Source: Chiloscyllium plagiosum (Eukaryota). Taken from it: 64,000 bases of DNA. The notes beneath the pieces were generated by a model. The model made no database searches. It saw only the letters and a program-made list of their open reading frames with translations, and was not told the origin of the DNA. Shown piece by piece: positions 62,464 through 64,000 of the stretch (the stretch's first letter is position 1; each line of letters opens with the position of its first letter). Both the position numbers and the translations under genes were made by a program. The stretch lies in assembly GCF_004010195.1 (NCBI RefSeq), contig NC_057719.1, positions 87,483,633 through 87,547,632 of the forward strand, written 5' to 3'.

Positions 62464-63095
62464 CTCTTTACGATCTCAGTCTTGCTGTGGTAGTTCTCCC
62501 TCTCAATGACTGCTGCCATTTCAGCCAGGGTCTTGAACCTCTGCTCCCGGGCGAACACGTCGGTGGTGATGGCCTCCATCATCTTGGCGGCAGCCTCGGC
62601 CTCCTTGATGCTCCTCACGTTGGCGTCCTGCTTGGCAACCACTGACCTCATTTCGGTGAGGTAGGCCTCCCTCAGCGCAGCCTTCTTCCTGAACTTCCGC
62701 ACCAGCTGCTCCAGGCGCTCCAGACGCAGCATCTCTTTCTGCAGTGCCTTCTCCCGCTCGTACTCCGACTTCTCCAGGTTGGCCCAGTGCCTCTCGATGT
62801 CAGTCAGGGTCTTCCCCTCAGGGGGCACGTATGGCCACATGTTGTTGGCTTGCAGCTTCGTCCTGATGTTGAAGAGTTGCGCTTCGATGAGCCCTCGCTC
62901 CTGATACTTGGGTGGCTTCTCCACGGTGCGGAACGTTTTGAAGTCCGCCACCAGCCTCTGCATGCCCACCAGCGAGTTGGGGAAGCAGTGGTCGTTCAAC
63001 TCCCTCACTTTGTCCTTGATCCACTGAAGCAAGTCAGTCACCAGTTGCTGGTATTCAAGTTTGAGGTCTTCAATCTCCTTCAGGAGACTAATAAT
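62464..63095 (-). CDS. SPTBN5: Beta-spectrin (beta-V type) coding exon 1 of 24 in window; spectrin repeats 1-2
   Basis: [12 protein letters not shown]...[48 protein letters not shown]...PPEG is the conserved beta-spectrin repeat-1 signature; acceptor cacag|ATT, donor AG|gtacgg; 632 nt, phase 0->2. Confidence 0.9.
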
Positions 63096-63395
63096 CTGTG
63101 AAGGAGGAATAGATACATGACTCAGTCGCAGATTAAATATACAGGACCCTGCTGGGAACATGTGTTCGTTTGCAAGAGTCAGGGGCCTGGAATGTGGAAC
63201 TGTGTCATGAGTTAGAAGACCATATGTTTTTGTTTTGGGAGGTTGGAGAGCTGTGCTCTGCAGTTATCACTGAAGACGCAAAAGTTGGAGAAAGACTCCT
63301 GATTGGAAAGGCCAGCCTTTACTGCCCATCCCTAATTGCCGAGAGGGTAGTTCTGAGTCAACCACATAGCTGTAGGTCTGGAGTTACATGTAGGC

Positions 63396-63583
63396 TGTAG
63401 TAATTGTATGAGTTCCTTGATTGGGACTGTTAATCTAGTTCAATCAGGGAGTCCTGGCTGACAGATATAAACATGAATGTCAGATAACCTGCTCACTCTG
63501 AGAGTTGGCTCTGAGGAAGCTGGATCAATGTCAAATAATGGGTGACTTGGTGATGGGATACTTGCCTCTGTGGAGTTATTTAA
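63396..63583 (+). mobile_element. Short candidate solo LTR (188 bp) nested in a SINE-like element
   Basis: Starts TG, has gatataaa, imperfect TSD taggc/ttggc; host sequence acatgtaggc|cagaccagg rejoins when it is removed. Confidence 0.5.
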
Positions 63584-64000
63584 TTGGCCAGACCAGGTTA
63601 GGAAGGCAGATTTCCTCCCTCAAGGGCATTAGTCAACCAGATATGTTTTTTTCCACAAATCTTCAATGTTTACAGGATCACTGTTAGGCGAGTTTTTTAT
63701 TCCAACATTTTCAGTGATTTTAAATTTCACAATTGGTCATGCTGAGACTCAAATCTACATCCTCCGACCATAGACCTGGGGTTCTGGATTATTAATCTAG
63801 TCACGTTACTGCTGTGCCACAGCTGTTGCTGATTTAGAAAGCATTCATTACTCTTTAATCTTCTGAAAAGCTGCAGAAAACTCCTAAGCATTATCAGATG
63901 CCAAGATCTTGATTGAAATACTGTAAGAACCCAGTGAAGCCGAATATCAGGATTTCTAACTGACTCTCGTGAGAAGTCGCAAAGGATTTAGGAGAAAAAA

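Overview
Vertebrate genomic DNA, not prokaryotic. The repeat content (HE1-like V-SINEs, CR1 LINEs with an esterase ORF1, Penelope-like elements) points to a shark or other elasmobranch; this is an inference. The whole window lies inside one minus-strand gene, a beta-spectrin that is most likely SPTBN5 (beta-V / beta-heavy type). I traced 24 consecutive coding exons by hand from 63095 down to 1586. All have GT-AG boundaries and matching phases and total 4656 nt (1552 codons), starting at spectrin repeat 1; the gene runs off both ends. The introns contain CR1 LINEs, SINEs, two Penelope-like elements, five candidate solo LTRs, several minisatellites and a ~9 kb 28-bp satellite that fills one intron. 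Most notable: (1) at least four sequence families of minimal type-I hammerhead-ribozyme motifs carried by Penelope-derived fragments, some as tiny TSD-flanked inserts and some in the pre-mRNA sense; (2) a template-switch-like inversion in the satellite, anchored on a 13-bp quasi-palindrome; (3) two TSD-flanked solo LTRs inside the satellite; (4) a non-spectrin insert encoded by the exons bordering the satellite. There is a 500-N assembly gap at 18146-18645. Repeat boundaries were placed by eye and are approximate, and family names come from recalled motifs rather than database searches.
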